Assembly: GCA_964552285.1 (NCBI GenBank) | Contig: CAZKGT010000001.1 | Coordinates: forward strand, 1-43,938 | Direction: 5' to 3' | Length of the DNA stretch: 43,938 nucleotides | Source: an uncultured Pseudobdellovibrionaceae bacterium | Lineage (GTDB): Bacteria > Pseudomonadota > Alphaproteobacteria > Micavibrionales > Micavibrionaceae | In this document: positions 19,706 to 28,416 of the stretch, in pieces | How the letters are laid out: each line of letters begins with the position of its first letter | How positions within the stretch are numbered: position 1 is the first letter of the stretch | The notes under the pieces: model-generated | Told to the model about the DNA's origin: nothing | Database searches by the model: none | The model's input: the letters and a program-made list of their open reading frames with translations, nothing else | Made by a program: the position numbers and the translations under genes

Positions 19706-20866
19706 ATGACTGACACACAGCCATCGCTTTGTATCGAGCGCAGCGAGATCGATTCCCTCTTTTCTGCACTGAAGCAGCGCGGATACCAGATTGTCGGGCC
19801 GACAGTCCAAAATGAGTCCATCGTTTTTGACGAACTTGACGAAGTGGAAGACCTGCCAATTGGCTGGACGGACGAACAGGAAGCCGGGAAGTACAGCATC
19901 AAGCGCCGCGACGATCAGGCGCTGTTCGGCTACAATAACGGCCCGCATTCATGGAAAAAATTCCTGTACCCTTCCAGGGTCAAGCTCTGGTCGGCAAACA
20001 AGACGGATGACGGGTTTTCCGTCGAGGAACTGGAACCTAGCCCCCCGCAATACGCCTTTATCGGTGTCCATTCCTGCGATCTGAATGCCATCGAGATCCA
20101 GGACAAGATTTTTATGAGCCCGGAAACTGCCGACCCGAGATACGGACGCAAGCGCGAAAAAGCCTTTATTATTGTTGCCCAGTGCGGGCAGGCCTGCGCC
20201 ACGTGTTTTTGTGATTCCATGGGCACGGGACCGCGGGCCGAAAAAGGCTTCGACCTTGCCCTCAACGAAATTATTGACGGGGACAGGCATTATTTCGTCA
20301 TCGAGACCGGCTCCGAGCGAGGCGCGGAGGTACTGGCCGACCTTAAAACGCAGGAAGCCGGGGAAACCGACACGGCCGCCGCGCAGGCGAGAACCGAAAA
20401 AGCGCGTTCCATGCAGATCCGTGGTATCAACAATGAAGGCATCAAGGAAATGCTCTTCGGCAGCTACGAAAACCCGCACTGGGAAAAAGTGGCCGAGAAG
20501 TGCCTGTCCTGCGCCAACTGCACACTGGCCTGCCCGACCTGTTTTTGTTCGAAGACCGAAGACCAGCTATCGCTGGACGGCACGCATGCCGAGCGCTGGC
20601 GGGAATGGGATTCCTGCTTCACGCTGGACTTTTCCTATATTCACGGCGGCACGATCCGCCAGAATGTCAGCTCACGCTACCGTCAGTGGATGACCCACAA
20701 GCTGGGCGCATGGATCGACCAGTTCGGCACCTCGGGCTGTGTTGGCTGCGGACGCTGCATCACATGGTGCCCTGTCGGCATCGACATTACAGAGGAAGTG
20801 GCGACACTTCGGGCCAGTGAAGAAATGGGTAAAGAAGCATCACCGAGTAAAGAGGAAGCAGCATAA
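19706..20866 (+). CDS. 4Fe-4S dicluster subunit of the hydrogenase (sulfhydrogenase beta/AsrA-like)
   Basis: Ferredoxin-type motifs '[16 protein letters not shown]' and '[15 protein letters not shown]', plus the position as first gene of the hydrogenase operon. Confidence 0.85.
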   Translation: MTDTQPSLCIERSEIDSLFSALKQRGYQIVGPTVQNESIVFDELDEVEDLPIGWTDEQEAGKYSIKRRDDQALFGYNNGPHSWKKFLYPSRVKLWSANKTDDGFSVEELEPSPPQYAFIGVHSCDLNAIEIQDKIFMSPETADPRYGRKREKAFIIVAQCGQACATCFCDSMGTGPRAEKGFDLALNEIIDGDRHYFVIETGSERGAEVLADLKTQEAGETDTAAAQARTEKARSMQIRGINNEGIKEMLFGSYENPHWEKVAEKCLSCANCTLACPTCFCSKTEDQLSLDGTHAERWREWDSCFTLDFSYIHGGTIRQNVSSRYRQWMTHKLGAWIDQFGTSGCVGCGRCITWCPVGIDITEEVATLRASEEMGKEASPSKEEAA

Positions 20867-21354
20867 TGAAAATCGAAGAGATCAAAGACATTCTGGGCGG
20901 CAATCCGTTCTTTGAAGGTATGGACCCCGGGCAGGTGGAATTTGTCGCTGGATGCGGCAAGCTGGTGCATTTTGAGGCCGGTGAATTCCTGCTCAAGGAA
21001 GGCGACGAAGCCAACAAGTTTTTCATCGTCCGTCACGGCGATGTCGCGATCGAGAGCTATGTCCCGACCAGCGGTCCGCTCACCACAATGACGATCAGGG
21101 AAAAAGGGATCGTCGGTTATTCCTGGCTGTATCCGCCCTACCGCAACGGGTTCGACGCGCGGGCCATGAACTCGGTCAGCGCCATTGAAATGGACGGCGA
21201 GTGCCTGCGTAAAAAAGGAGAGAACGACCACGAGCTTGGTTACGAGCTGATGAAGCGCTTTGCGCATGTCGTTCTCGACCGCCTGCAGGCCACGCGCCGC
21301 CAGATGCTCGATGTTTATGCCACGCAGATGGAGAACAAAGCCGATGCCGCTTGA
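20866..21354 (+). CDS. Stand-alone cyclic-nucleotide-binding-like domain protein (no HTH) embedded in the hydrogenase operon
   Basis: '[49 protein letters not shown]' is a typical cNMP-binding beta-barrel start. The protein is only 162 aa. It has a TAATG overlap with the upstream gene and an 11-nt overlap with the downstream gene. Confidence 0.85.
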   Translation: MKIEEIKDILGGNPFFEGMDPGQVEFVAGCGKLVHFEAGEFLLKEGDEANKFFIVRHGDVAIESYVPTSGPLTTMTIREKGIVGYSWLYPPYRNGFDARAMNSVSAIEMDGECLRKKGENDHELGYELMKRFAHVVLDRLQATRRQMLDVYATQMENKADAA

Positions 21355-22240
21355 TAATGCGCACAAAACATCTCATGTCGCTCTGAAGTCCGAAGAGGCA
21401 GCTGTCGCCGCCGACCCGATGGCGCCGGAACCGTTTCGCGTCGTCAAGGTCAAAGAGGAAATCGAAGGCTGTGCAACCCTGACCGTCCAGCCGGAAACGG
21501 ACGAAGGGAAAAAGCTCTGCTTCTTTTCCCCCGGCCAGTTTCACATGATCTATGTTTTCGGGCAGGGTGAAATTCCGATCTCGATCTCGGGCGATCCGAA
21601 CAATCCGGGCCAGCTTGTCTTTACCATCATGGGCGTCGGCGCGGTCAGCAAGGCTCTGGCCAAACTGAAAGAAGGAGATCAGGTCGGCCTGCGCGGTCCT
21701 TACGGCAACACATGGCCGGTGGAAAAGGGCGCAGGCAAGGATGTGATGCTGATTGCCGGCGGCCTCGGGCTTGCCCCGCTACGCCCCGCGATTTACTCCA
21801 TTCTGGCCGGACGCGACCTCTATAGCCGCGTGATGCTGCTTTACGGATCAAGACGCCCGGAAAACATCCTGTTCCACGATCAGCTTGAGCAATGGAACAA
21901 GCGAATGGAGATGAATGTCGGAATTACGGTCGATGCCGCCGGGCGCGACTGGGACGGCAATGTCGGCGTGGTCACAGAACTGATCGAGGAAACCAGCTTT
22001 TCGCCGACCCGGACGATTGCCATGATCTGCGGACCGGAAGTGATGATGCGCTTTTCGGCAAACGCGCTGATCACCCGCGGCATGGATCCGAAAAACATAT
22101 ATGTATCGATGGAACGGAACATGAAATGCGCGGTCGGCCTTTGCGGGCGCTGCCAGTACGGTCCGTTCTTCATGTGCAAGGACGGCCCGGTCTTCTCGTT
22201 CGATCAGGTCGAAAAGCTCTATAAGGTAAGGGAGGTCTAA
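21344..22240 (+). CDS. FAD/NAD(P)-binding, 2Fe-2S oxidoreductase subunit (sulfhydrogenase gamma/AsrB/PyrK-like)
   Basis: '[19 protein letters not shown]', '[14 protein letters not shown]' and a C-terminal '[23 protein letters not shown]' cluster motif. The start is uncertain: ATG 21344 is preferred and ATG 21419 is possible. Confidence 0.85.
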   Translation: MPLDNAHKTSHVALKSEEAAVAADPMAPEPFRVVKVKEEIEGCATLTVQPETDEGKKLCFFSPGQFHMIYVFGQGEIPISISGDPNNPGQLVFTIMGVGAVSKALAKLKEGDQVGLRGPYGNTWPVEKGAGKDVMLIAGGLGLAPLRPAIYSILAGRDLYSRVMLLYGSRRPENILFHDQLEQWNKRMEMNVGITVDAAGRDWDGNVGVVTELIEETSFSPTRTIAMICGPEVMMRFSANALITRGMDPKNIYVSMERNMKCAVGLCGRCQYGPFFMCKDGPVFSFDQVEKLYKVREV

Positions 22241-23019
22241 TGAGCGGAAAACCAAAGCTTGCTGTCTGGAAGTTTTCTTCCTGCGACGGATGCCAGCTTA
22301 CCCTTCTCGACTGTGAAGATGAACTGCTGACAGTTTGCGGCGCGGTTGACGTTGCCTATTTTGTCGAAGCCTCGCGGGAAATGCTCCCCGGGCCCTATGA
22401 CGTATCGCTGGTGGAAGGCTCGATTACGACGCCGCATGAAGCCGAATTGATACAGGAAGTCCGGGCGCTGTCCCGCTATCTGGTGTCCATTGGCGCCTGC
22501 GCGACGGCGGGCGGCATCCAGTCCCTCAAGAACTTCGCCAATGTCGATGATTACATCAACACGGTTTACGCGCATCCCGAATATATCAAAACGCTCGATA
22601 CGGCCACGCCCATTGCCGATCACGTGGACGTGGATTTCGAATTGCGCGGCTGCCCGATTGACAAGGGACAACTGCTGGAGCTGGTCAACGCCCTGCTCTA
22701 TAACCGTAAACCCAATATTCCGACGCACAGCGTGTGCGTGGACTGCAAGCGGCGCGGCACCCCTTGCGTTCTGGTCAAGGGCATTCCCTGCATGGGTGCG
22801 GTCACGCACACAGGCTGCGGGGCGATCTGTCCGGCGCATAACCGCGGCTGTTACGGCTGCTTCGGGCCGATGGAAACGCCGAACGGGAAATCCCTGGGTG
22901 ACTGGCTTGTTGAAAACGGCATGTCCAGCGAAGACGATGTTGTGCGCATGTTCCGTACTTTCAACGCCGGCGCACCGGACTTCCGGGAAGCTGGCAACAA
23001 ATACGCGGAAGAGAAATAG
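22240..23019 (+). CDS. [NiFe]-hydrogenase small (delta, NuoB-like) subunit
   Basis: '[19 protein letters not shown]', '[10 protein letters not shown]' and the distal cluster cysteines '[11 protein letters not shown]...[15 protein letters not shown]'. It has a TAATG overlap with the preceding gene. Confidence 0.9.
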   Translation: MSGKPKLAVWKFSSCDGCQLTLLDCEDELLTVCGAVDVAYFVEASREMLPGPYDVSLVEGSITTPHEAELIQEVRALSRYLVSIGACATAGGIQSLKNFANVDDYINTVYAHPEYIKTLDTATPIADHVDVDFELRGCPIDKGQLLELVNALLYNRKPNIPTHSVCVDCKRRGTPCVLVKGIPCMGAVTHTGCGAICPAHNRGCYGCFGPMETPNGKSLGDWLVENGMSSEDDVVRMFRTFNAGAPDFREAGNKYAEEK

Positions 23020-23030
23020 TTTTATTTTCA

Positions 23031-23113
23031 AACCACAGATGGACACAAATATACACAGATAAAGATGAATGATTATGAAAAATATTTGTGTTAATCCGGG
23101 TTCATCTGTGGTT
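23031..23113. repeat. Palindromic element, family A copy 1 (CACAGA[T/G] heptad-type hairpin) between the hydrogenase small and large subunit genes
   Basis: 'aaccacagatg' at 23031-23041 is the exact reverse complement of 'catctgtggtt' at 23103-23113. An inner pair, 'cacaaatat' with 'atatttgtg', is also complementary. Confidence 0.8.
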
Positions 23114-23138
23114 AAAAAATTCCTTCGGAGAAGAAAAG

Positions 23139-24443
23139 ATGGCTGATACGAACAGAACGACGAAGATCCAGGTGGACTACCTTGCCCGCGTCGAGGGCGA
23201 AGGGAACATGACCATTGAGGTCGACAAAGGTGAACTGAAAGAGATTTACTTCGGCATTCACGAGCCGCCGCGTTTCTTCGAGGCCTTCCTGCGCGGGCGA
23301 AAATTCACCGAGGCCCCGGACATTACGGCACGGATCTGCGGTATCTGTCCGGTTGCTTACCAGATGAGTTCCGTGCATGCGATGGAAGATGCCATCGGCG
23401 CAAAAATCACGCCGTGGGTGCGCGACATGCGCCGCTTCCTTTATTGCGGCGAGCACATCCAGAGCCACGTTTTGCACGCCTACCTGCTGCACGCCCCGGA
23501 TTTTCTCGGTTATGAAAGCTCGATCCACATGGCGGCCGACCACCCGAATGAGGTGGAGCATGGTCTGCAACTGAAAAAGGTCGGCAACGATATCATGGAA
23601 CTGATCGGCGGGCGCGCCGTGCACCCGATCAATGTCAAGGTCGGCGGTTTCTACTCCGCACCGACGAAAAAGCAAATGCGTGACATCATTCCGGTGCTGG
23701 AAAAAGCGCGGGACATGGCCTATGAGGCCACCAAGTGGGTTTCCACCCTGCCGTTCCCGGAATTCGAGCGCGACTATATTTATACCTCGCTGCGTCATCC
23801 GGACGAGTATCCGTTTAACGAAGGCAACCTGATATCCAACCGCGGCCTTGATATGCCGCCGGCGGACTTCAACAAGGTGTTTGAAGAAGTTCATGTGAAA
23901 TACTCGAACGCCCTGCATTGCCGCTTCCGGGACACGCAGGAATGCTACCTGTCCGGCCCGATGGCGCGCTGGGTGCTGAACCACGACCGCCTGCCGGACG
24001 ACGTGCTGTCACTGGCTGACGAGGTCGGGCTCGACAAGAACTGCATGAACCCGTTCAAGAGCATTATCGCCCGTTGTCTCGAAACCTTCTATTGCTGCGG
24101 CGAAGCGCTCAGGATCGCCCAGAATTACGACCTGCCCGACGCCCCGTCCATTGAATTGGAAGTCAAAGCCGGCGAGGGTCACGCCATCACCGAGGCCCCG
24201 CGCGGTACGCTTTATCACCGCTACAAGGTTAACGATGAGGGCCTGATCGAGGATGCTCAGCTCGTCATCCCGACCTCGCAGAACCAGGCGATGATCAACG
24301 ACGATCTTTATGACTTCGTTCCGCAGTTCCTGCATCTTGACGATGACAAGCTGCAATGGCACTGCGAACAACTGATCCGCAATTACGACCCGTGCATTTC
24401 CTGCGCCACGCACTTCCTGAATTTGACGGTGAAGCGGACTTGA
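23139..24443 (+). CDS. [NiFe]-hydrogenase large (alpha) subunit, group 3b-like
   Basis: N-terminal Ni-binding motif 'RICGICPVAY' and C-terminal 'DPCISCATH'. I prefer the start ATG at 23139, preceded by 'ggag'. The track start at 23088 reads through repeat A1. Confidence 0.92.
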   Translation: MADTNRTTKIQVDYLARVEGEGNMTIEVDKGELKEIYFGIHEPPRFFEAFLRGRKFTEAPDITARICGICPVAYQMSSVHAMEDAIGAKITPWVRDMRRFLYCGEHIQSHVLHAYLLHAPDFLGYESSIHMAADHPNEVEHGLQLKKVGNDIMELIGGRAVHPINVKVGGFYSAPTKKQMRDIIPVLEKARDMAYEATKWVSTLPFPEFERDYIYTSLRHPDEYPFNEGNLISNRGLDMPPADFNKVFEEVHVKYSNALHCRFRDTQECYLSGPMARWVLNHDRLPDDVLSLADEVGLDKNCMNPFKSIIARCLETFYCCGEALRIAQNYDLPDAPSIELEVKAGEGHAITEAPRGTLYHRYKVNDEGLIEDAQLVIPTSQNQAMINDDLYDFVPQFLHLDDDKLQWHCEQLIRNYDPCISCATHFLNLTVKRT

Positions 24444-24907
24444 CCGGTACACTCATCATCGGCATAGGAAACCGCTTTCGCGGTGACGATGCGCTGGGGT
24501 GTATTCTGGCCGACCAGTTGAAAGAGCACGGCTTCAATGCCATGGAGCATAGTGGAGAGCCTGCCTCGCTGATGGATGCCTGGCAGGGGTATGATCCGGT
24601 GATCCTGATTGATTGCGTGTTTTCGGGTGCCGCGCCCGGGACCATCCACCATTTCGATCTCCAGCAGGACAAGCTGCCCGCCGATTTTGCCAAGCCGACC
24701 ACGCATGCGGTGGGGATTGCCGAAGCGGTTGAATTCGCCCGCGTGCTTGGTAAACTGCCCCCGCATATTGAATTTTACGGTGTCGAAGGGGCGGCTTATG
24801 AATCCGGGGAAAGCCTCACTCCAGCGGTGAAAAAGGCGGCGGAAGAGTTGAAAGAAAAAATATTAACCACAGAGATCACGGAGAACACAGAGAGATCACA
24901 GAGTTAA
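24440..24907 (+). CDS. Hydrogenase maturation endopeptidase (HoxW/HybD family)
   Basis: 'LIIGIGNRFRGDDALG' signature. TTG start at 24440, overlapping the large-subunit stop (TTGA). The last 13 codons ('TTEITENTERSQS') and the stop codon lie inside repeat A2. Confidence 0.85.
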   Translation: MTGTLIIGIGNRFRGDDALGCILADQLKEHGFNAMEHSGEPASLMDAWQGYDPVILIDCVFSGAAPGTIHHFDLQQDKLPADFAKPTTHAVGIAEAVEFARVLGKLPPHIEFYGVEGAAYESGESLTPAVKKAAEELKEKILTTEITENTERSQS

Positions 24908-24944
24908 ATAGAGCTTTTCTCTGTGATCTCTGTGCACTCTGTGG
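24865..24944. repeat. Palindromic element, family A copy 2
   Basis: The left arm is 'aaccacagagatcacggagaacacagagagatcacagag' and the right arm is 'ctctgtgatctctgtgcactctgtgg'. A perfect 13-bp core stem pairs 'agagatcacagag' with 'ctctgtgatctct'. Confidence 0.8.
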
Positions 24945-24964
24945 CGAATAAGAAAGGAAAGCCA

Positions 24965-25234
24965 ATGCATGAATTCAGCCTGATGCGCGATTTGCTGCGC
25001 AAGATCAAAGTCATTTCCGACGATAACGGCGGCGCGAAAGTGGTCGGCGTTTCGGTCTGGCTGGGAGCTCTCTCGCATATCACGCCGGAGCATTTCGCCG
25101 AGCATTTCGAGGAGGAAACCAAGGGCACGATCGCCGAAGGGGCCAAGCTTGACGTCATGCAGGATAACGACGAAAAACACGAGAACGCGCAGGATATCCT
25201 GCTCAAAGAAGTTGAAATCGAAAACGCCGCGTAA
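24965..25234 (+). CDS. hypA: HypA-like nickel metallochaperone lacking the zinc-finger domain
   Basis: 'MHEFSL' is the N-terminal Ni-binding motif. 'GAKVVGVSVWLGALSHITPEHFAEHFEE...GTIAEGAKLDV' is collinear with E. coli HypA. The 89-aa product contains no cysteine at all, so both CxxC pairs are absent. Confidence 0.7.
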   Translation: MHEFSLMRDLLRKIKVISDDNGGAKVVGVSVWLGALSHITPEHFAEHFEEETKGTIAEGAKLDVMQDNDEKHENAQDILLKEVEIENAA

Positions 25235-25284
25235 GAATTTTACCGCTAAAGGTTACGAAGGCTACCAAGATAAAACGCGCGAAA

Positions 25285-25361
25285 TTGTCATCCCGACTGA
25301 AATGGAGGGATCTTCCCCGTTATCAGCTTGGTAAGATCCCTCGCTTTGCTCGGGATGACAA
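25285..25361. repeat. Palindromic element, family B copy 1 (GTCATCCCG...CGGGATGAC type)
   Basis: 'ttgtcatcccgac...gagggatctt' pairs with 'aagatccctc...tcgggatgacaa'. It ends 2 nt before the hypF ATG. Confidence 0.85.
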
Positions 25362-25363
25362 TT

Positions 25364-27700
25364 ATGTTCAGTGGTAAAAAAACAAGACAAAGAATTATCG
25401 TCACCGGCGCTGTGCAGGGCGTGGGATTTCGGCCTTTCGTTTACAGGATCGCCTGCGAACAAAATCTGGCCGGATGGGTGCAAAACACACCGGAGGGTGT
25501 GATTATTGAAGTTGAAGGGGAAGAGGCCGCGCTCACCCGTTTTGACCAAACCCTGAAAAATGACCTGCCGCCAGTGGCTTCAATCCGATCCCTGAATGTT
25601 GAAGTCATCCCGCCCGAACAGGCGACTGAATTTGAAATTATCCATAGCGATACGGCGCAAAACCCGTCAGCAACCGTGCTGGCCGACCTAGCGTTGTGCG
25701 AGGACTGCCTGCGGGAGATGAACGATCCGACGGACCGGCGCTACCGCTATCCTTTCATCACCTGCACCAATTGCGGGCCGCGCTTTACGATCATGGCCGG
25801 CCTGCCCTATGACCGGCCGCAGACGAGCATGGCAGCCTTCCCTTTATGTGATAAATGCACAGAAGAGTATGAAAATCCCCTCGACCGGCGCTTCCACGCC
25901 CAGCCGCTGGCCTGCCCGGATTGCGGGCCGCAACTGGCATTGCGGGATGCGGACGGGGCCGTTGTTGCAGAAAAAGAGAGCGCACTTCAGAGATCCGCCG
26001 CAGCCATCCGTGAAGGGAAAATACTGGCGATGAAAGGGCTTGGCGGCTTTCATCTCGTGTGCGATGCGAGAAACGAGGATGCCGTTCGGCAGCTTAGGGA
26101 GCGTAAATACCGCCCGGCCAAGCCGTTTGCCGTGATGGTCCCCTCACTGGAAGCCGCGCAGGCGATCTGTGAGGTATCGGAAACGGAGGCCGGATTGCTG
26201 GCATCCGCGCAGGCCCCGATTGTCTTGCTACAAAGAAAGCCCTCTCCCCTGCGGGGAGAGGGTTGGGTGAGGGGGGGAAGAAGTCCAAAGGTCGATATTG
26301 ATTGCCCTTCGGAATTATCCCCCCCCTCACCCAACCCTCTCCCCGCAGGGGAGAGGGCTTTATCCGCTCTGGCTGATGACGTCGCCCCCGGCAATCCCAA
26401 TCTCGGCGTGATGCTGCCCTATACACCGCTGCATCATTTGCTGATGCAGGAGCTGCAATGCCCCGTCGTCGCCACCAGCGGCAACCGGGCGAGCGAGCCG
26501 ATCTGCACGGATGAGAATGAAGCGCTGGAACGGCTGTCCGGCATTGCCGACCTGTTCCTAATCCATAACCGCCCCATCGTCCACCGGGCAGACGATTCCA
26601 TCGTCCGGGTTATGGGCGGGCGGCCCGTGATGTTGCGCAGGGGGCGGGGCTATGCGCCGATGCCGTTCTTTATAGAAGACAGTACAGATAAAAATATTCT
26701 TGCCGCCGGCGGCCATCTGAAAAACACCGTGGCCCTTGCCGTAGGCGGCCAGATCGTCGCCAGCCCGCATATCGGTGATCTCGATACGCCGGAAGCATGC
26801 CGCGGCCATGAGCAGGCGATTGACACGCTCTGTGATCTTTACCGTACACAGCCCGATCTTGTAGTCCATGACCTGCACCCGGATTACATGTCAACGAAAA
26901 TGGCGCAGGAGCGCTTTGCGCAATGCGAACCGGTCCAGCATCATTACGCGCATGCGCTGGCCTGCATGGCCGATAACAGGCTGGAAGGCGGAGCGCTGGC
27001 CGTGGTCTGGGACGGTACAGGGTACGGTACGGACGGCACGATCTGGGGCGGGGAATTTCTGACAATTACAGAAGATGGGTTTGAGCGTACTGCTCACCTC
27101 CTGCCCTTCCCGTTACCCGGCGGGGATGCGGCAGCGAAAGAGCCACAGCGGACAGCGCTCGGAATGCTCTTCGCGATGGGTCGCAGCGATGCATGGGAAG
27201 GAGAGAACAAAGACCTGCTGCTGCAAACACTGAACAAAAACATAAACTGCCCCCTGACCTCCAGCGCAGGGCGCTTGTTCGACGGCGCGGCGGCACTGCT
27301 GGGCCTTTGCCAGAAGAACACATTTGAGGGGCAAGCTGCTATGGCCCTTGAATTTTCTGCCACCACTGAAACGGAAGACATCTATCCTTACGAGATTTCC
27401 GGTAACGTCATCGACTGGCGGCCGATGATTGCCGCTTTAATGGAAGACAACAAAGCGCTGGCTCCTACCAAATTCCACAACACGCTGGCTGCAATTATCA
27501 CCGACATTGCAAAAAGGTCAGGCCAGAAAAAAACCCTGCTCACCGGCGGCTGCTTCCAGAATAAAACGCTGCTGGAAAAAACCATTACACGGCTCTATGA
27601 TGCGGGTCTGGAACCATACTGGCACCGCGACATCCCGCCCAACGACGGCGGCCTTGCCGTAGGCCAGATCATTGCTGCCACGAAAAAGCGTGCAAAATGA
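25364..27700 (+). CDS. hypF: Carbamoyltransferase HypF
   Basis: Acylphosphatase motif 'VQGVGFRPFVYRIA'. Two zinc-finger pairs, 'CEDCLREMNDPTDRRYRYPFITCTNCGPRF' and 'CDKCTEEYENPLDRRFHAQPLACPDCGP'. YrdC-like 'GLGGFHL' and Kae1-like C-terminal 'NDGGLAVGQ'. The start at 25364 avoids repeat B1. Confidence 0.92.
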   Translation: MFSGKKTRQRIIVTGAVQGVGFRPFVYRIACEQNLAGWVQNTPEGVIIEVEGEEAALTRFDQTLKNDLPPVASIRSLNVEVIPPEQATEFEIIHSDTAQNPSATVLADLALCEDCLREMNDPTDRRYRYPFITCTNCGPRFTIMAGLPYDRPQTSMAAFPLCDKCTEEYENPLDRRFHAQPLACPDCGPQLALRDADGAVVAEKESALQRSAAAIREGKILAMKGLGGFHLVCDARNEDAVRQLRERKYRPAKPFAVMVPSLEAAQAICEVSETEAGLLASAQAPIVLLQRKPSPLRGEGWVRGGRSPKVDIDCPSELSPPSPNPLPAGERALSALADDVAPGNPNLGVMLPYTPLHHLLMQELQCPVVATSGNRASEPICTDENEALERLSGIADLFLIHNRPIVHRADDSIVRVMGGRPVMLRRGRGYAPMPFFIEDSTDKNILAAGGHLKNTVALAVGGQIVASPHIGDLDTPEACRGHEQAIDTLCDLYRTQPDLVVHDLHPDYMSTKMAQERFAQCEPVQHHYAHALACMADNRLEGGALAVVWDGTGYGTDGTIWGGEFLTITEDGFERTAHLLPFPLPGGDAAAKEPQRTALGMLFAMGRSDAWEGENKDLLLQTLNKNINCPLTSSAGRLFDGAAALLGLCQKNTFEGQAAMALEFSATTETEDIYPYEISGNVIDWRPMIAALMEDNKALAPTKFHNTLAAIITDIAKRSGQKKTLLTGGCFQNKTLLEKTITRLYDAGLEPYWHRDIPPNDGGLAVGQIIAATKKRAK
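26236..26361. repeat. Palindromic element, family C, inserted in frame inside hypF
   Basis: 26236-26277 ('aaagccctctcccctgcggggagagggttgggtgaggggggg') is the perfect reverse complement of 26320-26361. The total is 126 bp, or 42 codons. Each arm also contains the sub-palindrome 'ctctcccc-tgcg-gggagag'. Confidence 0.9.
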
Positions 27701-28416
27701 ACAAGGTAAGCGCTATCATCTTCGATCTGGACGGGGTCCTGATAAAGGGATCAAACGAGAGCTATTATGATGCCTACGACAAGGCCCTGAAATCCGTGGG
27801 GCTGGACATCCCGCGTGAAACGCAGATTGAAGGCTACCTCGCGCACTGGAGCAAACCCCATCACGTACTGCTCGGCCTTTTTATCGACGATCCCGATACT
27901 CTGCGCGAGGCCTGCGAAGTGTACGAACGGGAAGTCCTGTCCGAACAGTTCTTTGACAAAGTGCAGGCCGTTCCCGGTATAAAAGAAGCGCTTTTGTCCC
28001 TGCACGCGGCCGGGATTAAGATGGGGATCGCCACCGGCATGCACCACGATCAGGTGCCCTTCGCGCTCAAGAAAATCGGCGTCAGCGAAGATATTTTCGG
28101 CGCCGTCATGAGCGGTTATCAGGTTCAAGATCCGGCCCACCAGAAACCCGACCGCTATATGGTCGATGTCATTCTGGCGGATCTTGAAAGACCCCATGGC
28201 GAAACGCTCTTCGTCGGGGACAGCAAAACCGATATCCAGATGGGTCATAATGCCGGAAACCGCACCGTGGCCGTCCTGACAGGTAATATGAACCGGCAGG
28301 ACGCACAGGCGCAAAATGCCGACCATATTCTTGAAACGGCGTCAGAACTGACGGGCCTTTTAGGTCTCGCGCCACCCCACCTTTCCAGACCTATGGAGAA
28401 TGTACCATGTGCCTAG
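27697..28416 (+). CDS. HAD-superfamily (subfamily IA) phosphatase
   Basis: Motif I 'IIFDLDGVL', motif II 'IATG', motif III 'QKPD' and motif IV 'VGDSKTD'. It has an ATGA overlap with the hypF stop and a 10-nt overlap with the hypC start. Confidence 0.85.
   Translation: MNKVSAIIFDLDGVLIKGSNESYYDAYDKALKSVGLDIPRETQIEGYLAHWSKPHHVLLGLFIDDPDTLREACEVYEREVLSEQFFDKVQAVPGIKEALLSLHAAGIKMGIATGMHHDQVPFALKKIGVSEDIFGAVMSGYQVQDPAHQKPDRYMVDVILADLERPHGETLFVGDSKTDIQMGHNAGNRTVAVLTGNMNRQDAQAQNADHILETASELTGLLGLAPPHLSRPMENVPCA

Noticed and set aside
23088-23138. Longer 5' starts offered by the ORF track (23088, 24356, 25328, 32506, 31389, 38901, 40580, 11048, 21260)
   Set aside because: These extensions read through palindromic repeats or the 3' end of the upstream gene. 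They add residues absent from the family N-termini. Downstream starts with an SD-like sequence or overlap-type coupling fit better.
24380-24443. Selenocysteine or recoding in the hydrogenase large subunit C-terminal motif
   Set aside because: The motif reads 'DPCISCATH' with ordinary Cys codons and no in-frame TGA. The gene has a normal stop.
24865-24944. Possible CRISPR array suggested by the reiterated CACAGAG/CACGGAG units
   Set aside because: The units are 7-nt heptads arranged as two complementary arms (a hairpin), not 25-40-nt direct repeats separated by unique spacers. No cas genes are present.
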